A stretch of 64,000 nt of DNA from Pristiophorus japonicus (taxonomy: Eukaryota). This document shows positions 1 through 13,306 of the stretch, piece by piece (position 1 is the first letter of the stretch; each line of letters starts with the position of its first letter). The DNA lies in assembly GCF_044704955.1 (NCBI RefSeq), contig NC_091981.1, positions 163,370,001-163,434,000 of the forward strand. The letters are read 5' to 3'. The notes beneath the pieces are model-generated. The model was not told the origin of the DNA and did no database searches. It was given only the letters and a program-made list of their open reading frames with translations. The position numbers were made by a program, and so were the translations under genes.

Positions 1-3000
1 AATTCATTATAAAAATGTACCCCAAATATCGTTTTTAAGATGTTTAATGTGCATGTCTTTTGCTATCTCGGTGGTTGGGGGGGGGCGGGGGGGGGGGCGG
101 GAGGGGGAGGTCAATGTATGTTAGTTACGTCGTTGGATTTCTAGATATTTTCGCAAAGAGTAAAATTCATTATCCGTTGTCACTGAACGAGATCATTTGA
201 AGTGTGTGACCGCTAAATTTCGTTCCAAACCTCAAACATTTAGCAAATAACCCAAATCATCCATTGAAACCCGAGAGGTGCAAAACCCTTATTCAAAATG
301 GTTCATCTAATAGCCGATTTCATGAGAATGCCGCATTCCATGTGCAATATTGAATAAGCCCACAGCCATTAAAATTATTGTTCGCAGTAACTAACCTATT
401 TTGATGTGGAAATGTACTTACTCGAAATGATCCCAGTTGCCATTGACCTTTACTTAATATTATATGGAATGGTTACTTATTTTGGCTCCTCGCCTAAGTG
501 TTTAATCTTTGTTACTTGTTTATTTGTTCTGAACAGCTAAGCATCCGCCATTCGTAATCCCCATGCAATAGGTAGTTCAACTGTTGCAATATATAACTCT
601 CCCAATAAACGATATTTAGAAGACCGCTGGGATCGACTAGATTTACAGTATTTCCTAATTAATAGGACTTTGTAGCCATGCTTTTAAATGTGTCACTTTT
701 ACTTTATAGGAGAAACAACTATTTTAATTTCCATTGCATAAATTGTCGTGTTATTTTGTATTAAAGCGTAAACAAGATCTAGAAATTTAATTTTTATTTT
801 AAGTTTCTTTTTCATTTAGGGAATCAAGATGTGAAGATGTGTTTTCAGTAAATACGTTATAAAACTTATTGTAACAGGAATAAAGACAGTGGTAACAAGG
901 ATAACACATATGTCCTTCTGATAATAACAGCAATTAGCACAGTATGAATTAACTTTCATTCATTTATAGACATTTCATTTGTTAACAAAATACAGCAGTA
1001 CATGTCCTGCAAAACAGAAGAGACTTTCTGCGTCTCCCGATGACAACTCGAATAAATGTGGGATGCAGTGTGTTACATGGTGAGGTTGGTACAGAAACCA
1101 TATGTAAAATTTAAGTTGCCATTTCCTTGACACTATCGGCGTGGAAACCATCGACGCCGAGAAGTGATCCCAGCGTGCTTACCAAAAAAGAAAGTACGCT
1201 GCTCTCTCTGCTAACGCCTAAATATCAACCAAAGTAGCGCGGATCCTGATGATGTCAGTTGAATAGTCAGTACAGAATGTAGAGCATTTTTTTAGATGAG
1301 TACTTACCCTGATAACTGGGTTAATGCACTGTCTTCTATAAATGCTAATGCTCTTTAGCAAATTCAGTTATACAATGTAGCTCGGCTATTAGCATGTTTT
1401 AAAAGCTTTGTATTGTACAGCGTTGTTTAGCAATTGATGTATTTTTTCTCCACTGTTCATTTAATTACAGCTATCTGTTCTAACATTATTTTAAAATATT
1501 TAATCATCAAAATGTTTATACGGCTGTTATAACTAGCGTTTATGTTTTCGTAGCATTCCCCAATATATCCCATTTATATGCACACGGATTATACGCAAGG
1601 GGTATATGTTCAGTCCTGATGTCCGGTTTGAAGGGCTTCTCATATACATATTTTGCTGTCTAAATATTGCATCAGCGAAAGGCTGAGAGATTCATTTCAA
1701 GTTCCTCGTCATTCTATCTGTGGAATATTTTTAAGAATAACCACAAGTACTCTTTTAAAGCAATCTGCTCACTTTCCCCAAGTCAATCATTTCTTTTCAC
1801 TTCTGAGGTTTATCTACTGCCTTATTCTGCATGGTTTAGGCGATTCCCAATGAAGGGTTGAAAGATTTTTCCCCTGCAAAATGATCTTTGGATCCATTTA
1901 ATCTATATCCAGAGTCAAAAGAACGGGAAGGTTTCTGGGCGTTTTAAATTTCAGAAATGGTGTAATGGTTTGTGTAGTATTGGGAGATCGTTACACTCAT
2001 TATCATTCAATTTGCTTATCGTTTATTCCAGTTGAATTAAAAGTGGCAGCAGGGGGAATAATAATAGAGGGCACACATGCCCGTTATATCTTTAGATTCC
2101 ATGTTTGCACCAAATTGAATAGGTCTCCAGCCAAATATCGACTAGTCAATTATTTCCATGTTCTCAAAATTATTTACTGAACAATAATAAAAAGCCGCAC
2201 ATATTGAAACTTTGATCATTGTATGTATTTGTTCACAGAGGTGCATTCATGTCGGTATAAACACAATTATTTCCTATCCTATGTCGTAGGACCAGAGGGA
2301 CAAAACAGTTTCTTTTGTGGCTTGTATATCATAGGAGTAGTTATATCAGCGTTAACAAACAAATTAGATCTTGGCTAAAAGTACTTTATTGTATCAGAAA
2401 TGTGTTTTGTATCAGAGGTGTATAAACAGATTTGCTTATATACCGGATATATTTTACAGCTTTCTAAACACAGATGTGCACATGAACCTATACACACGCA
2501 TGCATAGTTCTATACACATACATCCGGCACATACGTGCATACATATATTTCGATACTTATAGAAATAGAAAACAGTGGCGTCTGGATAAATGCTTTGCAG
2601 CTTCACATATAATCCTGATTACATTTCTTGATACGATTTAGCTATCGTCATGATTCCAACCGTATGTATGTATGAATGTATTTGGCCATGTGCTTGAGTA
2701 TGTATTTCAATATTTGGTTTAGTTATAATGCGGAATGTCATCGCCGGGTTGCACCTGCCAGAGAAACAAAGCATAGGTTTTAGAATTCAGCCATATTCTG
2801 CTCTGAACTGCTCCAACCCATTCATCGACGCGAATTTATCTCCGCTGTGGGAGAAACATCAGATAACAAACTCCCCTTAGAAAAATGTCCAGCTTTAATA
2901 GAAGCTAAAAGGAGCAGAACGCTGCTGGCAATGGAGCGCAGAAGTAATGATTCCAACGCCTCAGTGGCTCTATTGAAATAGGCTCTGCTTTACAATTACT

Positions 3001-4369
3001 GTACTATCAAAGGTGTGGTCCCATTCATAAGAGCCAGTTACTCATTTAACGCAATACTGTTTAATCACTAAAGGTGCAAAATAGAGTATGTTTTGATTTT
3101 CTAACGACGGTTTAAAAATATTAATAATGTAATAATATGATAATGTAATATTATCCAGTCAAAGACGTTCAATACATTGTTTAGTTTAAGACGTTGCAAC
3201 GTACTGGAATGTGTTGTGCAGTTAACTTTATTACTGTGTTTTGCTGACCTGAATAACGAACGACAATCCATTACTAAGTTTACTCAATGTATCTGCACCC
3301 CTGTCACTTTCCACCCGTTTACAAAATAGCTACATTTTTTTTAAGTTAAGTATCTCCGTTTCCTGGGCTATTCATGAACGATATAGAAAGCCATTGGATA
3401 ACTTCGATTTGCACATTCGCTTTGTTTTCTTCCTGACCACGCATTGTCTGTATTATTTCAGTCGCTATGGCACTAATCTATGGTCAATGAACATCTGCCT
3501 GTGGTCGAATGGACAGAAATCAACGGTTTCTGAAACTTTCTGAAACTGATCGGAAATCGATAAGTAATCTACTGGGTTGAAATGGACCCCTTGACTTATT
3601 GCAAAAATAAACTGTCTATATGTCAAATTCTAAACCTGGTTTGTCTGTTCATCGTGTGATGTGGATCAGATTTCCTCATCTCGTGTTAATAGGAAAACGA
3701 AGTTAAAAAAGCAGGAGGTAGCAAAATGTATTCAGAGGCAGATGCAGCTCCAAATGCGTAAAAAACACCAAACTACAAAACAGAAACCTTACCCGGCTCC
3801 GAATGGGAAGGCGTGCTAAAATCACCCGGTGATGTAATGGTACTAAATGATAGCCCCAGACTGTATTCCGACCATTCAACACATCGAACACATATATTGT
3901 TCCACATTTCCAATGTTACATTCATGTTTGAGTCCTTTGACACTATTAATACGTTATTTAAATGGGTTGGGGTCACTTGCCGTTACCAGTGAAGAAATTA
4001 TTGCCTAGTCCTTCCAACTAAGAGTGGTACTCCAAAGCCAATATTGTTCTGAAGGGGGTTATTTTTCCTTTTAAAGAATATTTAAATCGACCTTACCTCT
4101 TCTGTCAGGTGAATGCATGATACTGCTATAGAATCCATCTGATTTATATGTCATCTGAATTTGGTTTTAAACAAATCTACTGTTGCAGATAGAGACTTCA
4201 GTGTATTTTCATCCGTGAGCGCATCTTCACAAAATCTTCTCTCTCGGTTGATCGTGAGGGAAAGGGAGAGTACCGTCTATGAGAACAGATTTTAAATGCC
4301 GTGTAAACAATAGTTATAAAGTTCTTTTTATAGTGAAATGAGCATTGAGACTAAACGCTGCAGTTAGAC

Positions 4370-4590
4370 AACCACTTTGATAAGAGGATAATTGTTGCGA
4401 CAGTAGCGTATAATTAGAGGATAATTTATGCTATATCCACTATTTTATTTCAAATGCGGTCATAATCATTACAAGACAATTGTGGGGAAATTCATTGCAG
4501 CAATTTTAAAATAATCACGATAAATCTTGTGTATTTCTAAGTAGGGCCATAATTATCTCTACACACATCATCTAAAAATAAATATAACAC
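4370..4590. promoter_or_regulatory. Candidate conserved enhancer upstream of Dlx6
   Basis: Dense TAAT/TAATTA homeodomain sites and a MEF2 consensus CTAAAAATAA (4572-4581), ~1.1 kb 5' of the ATG; conservation not verified. Confidence 0.4.
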
Positions 4591-5269
4591 ACTGTTACGT
4601 ATTTAATTATATTGATAATACAATGAAACCATTCATAATTTAAACCTAATTAATTTAGTAAGGCGCATGCAGATACTTTAAGTCATCACTTTATGTATTT
4701 AGTCAAATTTCCCAACCACCAACCACATTCATAATTTGCATATCTTTCAAGCAGCAGAGCACTTTCTGATTCCAATAGAACAGGATGAGTTAACTGGCAG
4801 CGCTGGGGTTTCTCGCAGGAAGACGTGTATAATATGTCTTCGCCTCTTTACTCTTATGACGAGTTAACTGTCTTCGTCCTTCCGCTGATACAACTAACAT
4901 TTTCATCTGCAGTGCAGAATATCGATTAATTCCTTGTAATATTCCGCATGCACACGTTATCTGTGTGTATCAGCTTAATGATATTACACGGATAATGTTT
5001 ACGTTGTATTTGCCATGTGGCTTTATTAAGAAATAAGCTGTTTAAAAATCCAGTCCTTTGACACCAGAAGTCTAATCTTTCAATCTATTATACGGCTCGA
5101 TGCTATCGAAACAACCGTACTGTTTGAGGGTTATAATTCCTTTGGATCTTTGCAAAAAAGAGCAATTATTAGCGTTGTTGCACAAGGTTGTTTGGGCTCT
5201 GCTTTAAGTTAGCCGGGTTAACCCACTGTTGACAGCATCCAGTGAATCCAGGAGAAGTGGCAGAAGGAT

Positions 5270-5330
5270 GACGAGGCAGAGAGATGACCAATCAGGAGCT
5301 GCTGCCCTTTGGAGACAAACCATTCGACTT
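5270..5330 (+). promoter_or_regulatory. Dlx6 proximal promoter (CCAAT box)
   Basis: GACCAATCAG, NF-Y-type CCAAT at 5288-5292, ~280 nt upstream of the ATG. Confidence 0.5.
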
Positions 5331-5568
5331 GTGGCACATTTCAGCATCTGCATCAAGTCTGAAAGCAGAGCCCCAACTTTAGCAGAATCCACTAAAAGAC
5401 TGCCTCAATTCCATCCCTCCTCTACTCAACTTGGAAGCCTAAAATAACCTTTTATTTAAAAAAAACAGGAGTTAACACGCCCGCGCTTTCTCCTCGGAAG
5501 ATTTACCCTCTTCATGAAAAAGAGAAGTATTTCGCCTTTAAGAGTTTTTTTCCAGTTGAAGTTTGATA

Positions 5569-5860
5569 ATGACCATGACTACGATGGCTGACGGTTTGGA
5601 AGCTCCGGACTCTAAATCTGCTTTCATGGAGTTTGGCCAGCAGTCCCAGCAGAGCTCTCCAGCCATGTCTCACGGTCACTACCCGGTGCATTGCCTGCAT
5701 TCAGGAGGACACTCACACCAGCACGACAGCTCGTACCCGGCCGCCAACACTTACAACAGATCCCTGCCTTATCCCTACGTGAGTCACACTCATCACAGCC
5801 CCTACCTGCCATCTTACCACAGTAACAACACTGGCAGCCAGACGCGTTTAGACGAGACAG
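5569..5860 (+). CDS. DLX6: Distal-less homeobox 6, coding exon 1
   Basis: MTMTTMADGLEAPDSKSAFMEFGQQ... is the Dlx6 N-terminus; ATG at 5569; phase-1 donor G|GTGAGT at 5860/5861. Confidence 0.96.
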
Positions 5861-6693
5861 GTGAGTCTTCGACCGGACCCAGAGTAATCTACATTCGGCC
5901 TTTTCGTCTTCCTTCCTGATTAAATCAACAGCGATATTCTCCACTGGTTCAAACAACAGATTACTTAAACCGTGTAAAAAAATGCATGTTAAACATATCA
6001 GTTTTCTCTTTCTCCTTTTTAGCTAGCCTTGCCTTTCGTTGTTCGACTACAGATTTTGTTTTGCTTCTGACTTTGTCTTTATTCCTTCGCTCTTTCTTTT
6101 GTTAGTTTATCATTGGCAATGTTAACTCGCCGAGTCTTATGTATTGTTCCTTCTTTTGTTTGGGATGTTTTAATGGGGATATCTGTCGGCATGCTTGGTA
6201 ACAATTTGGCAACAATTTTCAACAGAGAAATAATAGTAAACAGAAAGATAGCGATCGTAGTCGTTATGCCAATATATAATCGGAACTTAGATTCCTGGAT
6301 GCAAAAGAACTTCTTGTCGCCAAATAACAGTCTACCCCTGTTGCCTCTGTCAATTAAGCAGTGCCGTATACATGCATTTGCAAGTGACTGACGTTTCATT
6401 AATTAATACACCTTACTGTTAAATTGCTTATTTCAGAGTCCCCAGTTATACTCAGCATGTTTTCATTGTAATTTGCCAGGGGTCTAAAGATAATAGAGCT
6501 CTCCAGGTCATTTTCACCGGGGCAGATTGTTTATGGAGTTGTTAATGCTCCTAAACATCCGTTAAGAAACATGTCTCTTTAATATCTCCGAGAAAAGATT
6601 CCAGAGGAATGTATATTTAAGTAGATTTAGGAATGTGCTGTGAACTGGGCCGTGCAAAATATCGGCATCGTGTACCATATGCTTGTTTTGCAG

Positions 6694-6887
6694 AACAACA
6701 AAAGACAACAGTGATTGAAAATGGGGAGATCCGTTTTAATGGGAAAGGGAAAAAGATCCGCAAGCCTCGCACTATTTATTCAAGTCTGCAGCTGCAGGCG
6801 TTAAATCATCGTTTCCAGCAGACTCAATACCTGGCTTTGCCCGAGAGAGCTGAGCTGGCCGCTTCGCTGGGACTCACACAGACACAG
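6694..6887 (+). CDS. DLX6: Distal-less homeobox 6, exon 2 (homeodomain N-terminal part)
   Basis: Acceptor ttttgcag; [65 protein letters not shown]; donor CAG|GTATAG; phases consistent with exons 1 and 3. Confidence 0.97.
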
Positions 6888-9800
6888 GTATAGTGCCCAG
6901 GAAAGAGTGATTTACCAGGTAGCTGTGAAGAACATCGGCTTCTGGCGTTAGCTCTTCTTGTGACCTCTTTGTTTTTCAAGTTACATTTAGTAACTATGAA
7001 AGTCAAATTGCACAGAACGCCCACTTTAACGAGCATTGTCCGAGGCTGCAGGTAGTATGTTACAAGCGTGCTGCATGAAATGGCACGGAAAATATGGCAC
7101 AGAAACGTAACATGTTCACTTCTGATCTCATTATCCAAGTTACAATAAACGTCGGCCTTTCAATTTAAGATAATTATCTTTATATACAGTTTCAGTTTTC
7201 ATCAAAACCGACGCTCTAGAGAACAAAATGGTAACTGCAGCTTTAAGAGCACCACGTGGGCCCAATCCTGTAACGAATATCAAATTAAATCAAGAGAATG
7301 CCTAGTCACACCAATTTGTTCTTTTTTAAAAAACTTTTATTATCATGATACTTTTTGGGGCAGAGTAATTAGATGTACGATAATTTAAACGTCATCCTAA
7401 AAAATGATTGGGTTTTGAAGTGCAACTATCAGTTCATTTGATATATATATATATACAAACGGTTATTAACTCTACTGTAAAAGCTAAGAGCTATAAGAGA
7501 TTTATTACCTCAGACGTTGGTGCTTTTAGCGCAGCCCATGCAAAATCACAATAGAATAAGTCTGTTCCGCACAAGTTGGCTATCTGTACACTCCGCCTGC
7601 AATTGAATGGCACCTTACGCAACATTCAAATATGAGTTCTTGAGTTTATAAATCTCGAGATATCCAGAATTAGACAATTCTGAAGATGGTCTTGTTACAA
7701 AAATAGATATATCTCCTCATATGGGGGTGTCAAATGATAAAACTGAACTTTTAAAAAGAGAACATGGAAGTTACTATACGTTTTGGCACGGGTCTTTATA
7801 TTTCTCTCCAGATCTGAATTCAATTGTGTTTACTTTGAAACACGAGTTAAATTAAGGAAGCGTCATACATACTTAAAAGTTTTAAGCACGTCCATTGCAT
7901 ATGTTTGGGATCGTGCAATTTAACGTATGATTTTCCACATGCTCAATAATGATCATAAGGTATGTGTTTAGCAAGACATGGTGGTAAGATGTTTGTAATG
8001 TGTTCAACCCCTGGATAAGCAGACCTTGGATAACCTTGTTACTAATAGATTATTGAGTCAAAGATTGTTTTTTTTTAATATGCTTCCTTGATTCATTTTC
8101 AGCTACTGCCGGTGCTTCTTTCGAATCCCGGCACTGATGTGATGCATAACAATGAGAGGTCTGAAATTGAATAGAGCTGTACGCTTATTAGGGATTTAAC
8201 TGACTCTTGATTAGTCAGGATAATCTTTCGTCCCTGCCCACAACGGCTATAAGCAATGCTTTATCCTTATCAATTACAAGATTATTCTTCATTGGAAACC
8301 AATTAAAATATTCGTATTTCACATAATTGTAATATGTTTCAATAAACAGTTTCCATCTCGTTTTAAGAATGTTTTCTTAAAAATATCTGTGCGCATGGGT
8401 TGACTAATAATTTAAAAAATCAAATAAAACAACAAATCAGAATTATTTATTAGGTGATAATAGCTTTGCAGTATTATCAAGATACAAATACATTGTCTTT
8501 TACTAACTCGACTGATTTGGTTTCAAACTTGCAAAAACAAATTATTTTTGTAGGAGGTCAGTCTTCCTGACATTTCGCGTATTATTGTACAAAACTGTAC
8601 ATGATCTATGTAATAGCTCCCGTTTACAGTGGCTGTCATTTTCATTCTTTCGATATATTTACCAATGCTCATTATTATAAACTTCCTAAGATGTAGCATA
8701 TTTGAAAACAATGTTGATTTGATAGATGATTAAACCCATTCGATATTTGTGCATAGAGTCTATCAGCCAGGTTCACAACACACCGTTGATTAACCGTATC
8801 TGTTTTGAACGGCCTGTCAAATTTACACAGTTTCAACTTCGCCACGACTACTCTTCGCTTTTTGGGGGGTGGGGAGAGATGAGACAAGAACATCACTTAT
8901 GATTTACTGCTTTAATTTGGATAGCGAAGAGGGGAAATGAAGAAATCCATCTGATAAATAAAATAAACAAAATATTTGTCTGTAAAGCGATCGTAATTAT
9001 AAAATAATAAATACTGTATAACTTATAATTGAGAAGCATTAGATATATAATCATTATAAACTTAGCACAATGTTGCAGATATTATAAAATTCTACCATTA
9101 TTGGACGTTTGTGCGTGGAACTATCAGTTTATTTAACATTTGTTTGAAATCTGTTAACTCTACTGTAAAATACTGCCATAAAGTATTAATTTTTAAAAGT
9201 GTTCATTGTAATTTTGCTGCATTGCTATATGTCGGAATCAGGCGACTTTCAAGTTGAAAATAAATAAGCTGGACGTTTCTTCTTAGGCCTCTTAAAAATG
9301 CCAGCCCTTGTGTTGAATCTGAACTTCATTTAAACCTCAGATGGTTTGAGCCTTATCATTTTACTAGTCAATCCGAAACAGTGTTCCGTACACAATAAGT
9401 TTTTTTTTTACCTTAACCTGTTTAAACAAGTTAATAAAGTTGAATAGTTTTGAAGAATGTGTTACATGCAACGTTGTCTGATTATCAGAATATTATTTTC
9501 TAACTGTAATGGGAACTAGAGGGAAGGCTTACAAATGTCTCCACACATTTTGGAAACAATCCACGTCAGAAATTATTAAAATGATTATATTATTTTAGTG
9601 TCTTCTTATATCCCGACCATTAATTTAATGCAGTCTATAGAGGAAACAATTGCCAGAAGCTATCCAATTTATATATAAGCATTATTACTTTATAATGATT
9701 TCACAGAACAGGGTAGAATTTCCTCATTATTATCAGTGGAAAAATATAAAACATTTTATATGCCACAAAAGGATTAGTTAGTAAAGCAGTGTTCCGTTCA

Positions 9801-10071
9801 TATTGATATATATATATATATATTAAACCAACAAATAACTGAAGCGGACTGAAGAATTTATGCAGAATTATTTGCTCGAACACAACCATTTGCGTTTACG
9901 CTGACATTTGTCTTTTTCAGTCTTTCCGATAGTACCGTTTCTGATTATAATCCTATACCATATTGCAATTATTTAAATGTCAGCGACACTGAATACTTTA
10001 GTTAACTCAAAACAAAGATATTGACCGCCATTTAAAGCCTGTGCATGTCCTTTTTTAAAATGTTGTTGTAG

Positions 10072-10320
10072 GTGAAGATCTGGTTCCAGAATAAACGCTC
10101 AAAGTTTAAGAAACTGATGAAACTGGGCGGCAATCCCCTTGAGAATGATTCTGTGTCCGGATCGGCTGCTCTTTCCCCTCGCTCTCCAGCCATCCCACCA
10201 GTGTGGGACATCTCAGCTTCGGCCAAAGGCGTCAACATGACCCCCAACAGTTATATGGCTGGTTATTCCCCCTGGTACTCCACGACCCACCAGGACACCA
10301 TGCAAAGACAGATGATGTGA
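10072..10320 (+). CDS. DLX6: Distal-less homeobox 6, exon 3
   Basis: Acceptor tgtag; [15 protein letters not shown]...[13 protein letters not shown]...QDTMQRQMM*; spliced CDS 735 nt = 244 aa. Confidence 0.97.
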   Translation: MKIWFQNKRSKFKKLMKLGGNPLENDSVSGSAALSPRSPAIPPVWDISASAKGVNMTPNSYMAGYSPWYSTTHQDTMQRQMM

Positions 10321-10725
10321 CAGTCCGAGGCCATAAACTCTCAATGGACAAAACTCAATGGGGTTAGAGGGAACCCACTGTTAGGCAATGCCCAGATGTC
10401 CAGGGTGCCATTTTGGATGGGCGATCTAGCAACGATTTCAGTTGCTAAATGCTATGTTAAATCAGACTGGCATTGGGCGGAAAAGGAGGAATGGTCGTTG
10501 ACTGTAGACATTACAAAAGAGCCGCCACTGTCTTCGTAGAGTCCAAGATATCCAATGACCACAAAATGCGAATGCAATATTGAAGAGTTTATGCTGATTT
10601 TAAAAAGCATGGGCTGTTGATGCTAAGACGCACTGGAAGCATATAAAAAGACAAGTTGTATGTATATATTGTTTAATTTTTAGTTGTACATAGTTTATAT
10701 GTTTTATGTCTCTTTCATATTGAGT

Positions 10726-10731
10726 AATAAA
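10726..10731 (+). terminator. Probable Dlx6 polyadenylation signal
   Basis: AATAAA ~400 nt after the stop codon, after TGTA-containing AU-rich 3'UTR, with GT-rich sequence downstream. Confidence 0.6.
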
Positions 10732-11599
10732 TCATAAAAATGTCCACGTGTCTTGTAGTTACCTTTCTTTCAAAATACATTACAAAATATATCACTTTAA
10801 CGATTTACTGGTTGTTGACAATTGGGACCGCTCAGTAAAAACTATTATTTCGAAAGGGAGAACTTAAAGTTTGGTTTCAAACTGCATCCAGGCACACGTG
10901 AAACTGCAGTCAAGTTTTTCAGGAATAGTGTAACCTTTTTTTAGCCCATGGTAACCATGTAAGAGCTCCATGTATAACTGTGCTATTGAATATCGAATAT
11001 GCTGCCTCGCCGACATCCCGATAAATGTTTTTAAAATGTGCTTGACGTTTCGTTCAAATGGCCTTAAATCAAAATACTCCAGTCTAAGACAATACCATGG
11101 AAACCACAATAAACTATTTTACAATAGATAAAACAATGATTAAACTGCTGTATAATGTTTTGAAGTTACGCAAACATATCTACAGACTTTCGTGTCAACG
11201 TTATTTTAAAACGTAATTCACAAATGAATAACAACATTAAGTGAGCTAGAAACAACCAAGCGATAAAAATGGGTCACACAATCCTCTGAAGCTGTATAAA
11301 CATGGACCTATATACATCTAATTGAGAGCCACTGAAACTAGGCCATTGATCACAATTGACAAAAAAAGACATGCACGATTCCAAACTGACAAAAACTCGG
11401 AGTATGTACAAAACCATCATTACTTACCAACATACAGTGGTTTGGTTCTAACGAACAGCCAAGGAAGTAAATTATAGAGCTCTATTATCAGCCACGATTC
11501 TGATCTCATCTAATGGACTCGCCACTCCACTGGCAATATTGACTGCTTTTCGCGAACTGTGAAAATCTAATGTAAAACCCAACACGATCAATACTAAAC

Positions 11600-11820
11600 A
11601 AAAACCTCCAGCTGCAGTCCCATCCAATTTAAAGCTGATATTTGGTACAATTTGGTATTATTCACGAGAAAGGTTTAGACTATCATAAAAGCGACTATAA
11701 TTAGGGTAATTTTTGATGTAGCCCGCTGATTACAGCGTTTTTACAGTCAAAGGTAATTACATGTAATTTTCTTCCACATTTAATACTAAAGAGCTATCTT
11801 TATTTAAATTCAGGAGGAAG
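11600..11820. promoter_or_regulatory. I56i (ei) ultraconserved Dlx5/6 intergenic enhancer
   Basis: Core TAATTAGGGTAATTTTTGATGTAGCCCGCTGATTACAGCGTTTTTACAGTCAAAGGTAATTAC matches my recollection of tetrapod I56i; expected position 3' of Dlx6. Confidence 0.85.
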
Positions 11821-12498
11821 AAAAGTGAACAAAGGAGAAAGAATACAACGTTGTGTTATTCATAAACCAATTAAATGGACTTCTTAAATCCGATTCAATA
11901 AATGTGCCAAGCTTTGCGAAAAGAGACCAGCATCTGCAACGAAAAATGAACTTAAAACGGTGACTTTATAGAAGCAGTGTGCGTTTAATTCCTAGAAAAA
12001 GTGCATAAAATTGCACTGGCCTTATATAATTTAAATAAATCACGCATACCTGATTTTCTAATGACTTTAATACATATTTTTAATTGCACAACTATTCAAA
12101 AAGTGAATTGAAATTTGTGGAATAAATCAAACAGAAGCCGATTAATCGACGTTATAAAGAACATACAAAAGGCAGTAAGTAAGATTAATGTGGAATTCTG
12201 ATAGAACAAATTAACTGTAAAACAGATTTAAGGAAGTTCTAGGCGCACTTTGTATTAAAATCCCGATTTTAAAACCAAATAATGTTCGGTGTATAATAGA
12301 CCTAAATCTCGGAGGTGATTGGATGCATGCATTCAGCCTGACTTGGTATTGCCCGTAAACATTAAACACAGTTATTTTGCATTTTAACATATCTTGAGGA
12401 AAAATATTTCCACCTATGTATTTAGAGAGCAAGCAGACTGTAAACATTCAACTCCACATCGCAGAGTTCTAGTGGCGATTACAATTGGACTCTTCACA

Positions 12499-12565
12499 TC
12501 ATCATCATAGGCAGTCCCTCGGAATCGAGGAAGACTTGCTTCCACTCTTAGCATGAGTTCTTAAG
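12499..12565 (-). mobile_element. Extremely 5'-truncated RTE-type LINE 3' end (67 bp)
   Basis: Matches the 3' end and (ATG)n tail of the RTE copy ending at 45630; 7-bp TSD CTTCACA at 12492-12498 and 12566-12572. Confidence 0.85.
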
Positions 12566-13306
12566 CTTCACAATAAAATTGTTGAAAGGCTAGATATTAA
12601 TGTGCAGGGTAAAATGCTCACCTATTTCCATATGAATGTTGTTTATCTGTCGCTACAAGAGGACTCTATAAATATGTTTCTTTTACGAGATACAACATCA
12701 CACTCATTAGTCAGTGTCTCTAATCAAATATTAACATTCAACCAAATATTTAAACAGTGCGTTTAGAAAGTTGCCTTCAGAAATGATGTAGGAACTTTAC
12801 AGATTCCTCGTAAGGTGACAGGCGTTTTTTTTTCTGTCTTTATAATAGTAACTGAGGATCAAATGCAAAGCACTGAACCAATCAACCTTACAATACGAAA
12901 GTAAATACAGCAGGGATTATATTCCGTCCCAATTTCCCTCTCTATATATATGGATATCCATTCTTACATTGGTACATAACAAGGCTGCTATTGTATTTAA
13001 ATAGCAAAGCAAATGTACGATAGGTCTTACAATAATGCAGTGAAAAGTACCTGTTTACTGGATTATACAATACATCTTCCTCAACGTTGTTTATAATGTA
13101 CGGATACAACAGTGCATCAGACTGTTTTCCCCATAAAAAATCATTTTAGCTTTCACTTGTCTGATAAAAAAGACGTATAGCTGAAAACGTAAGTAAAGCG
13201 ACTTGGCATCCTCCTCATAAGTAGGATTTTGAATCACACGTTTTAAACATAAATTGAACTCTGCACGTTAATATAACATATTGTAAGATCATGGTCCTCT
13301 GCCTTT

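Noticed and set aside
77-110. Poly-G tract as a functional G-quadruplex element
   Set aside because: Low-complexity, error-prone homopolymer with no supporting context.
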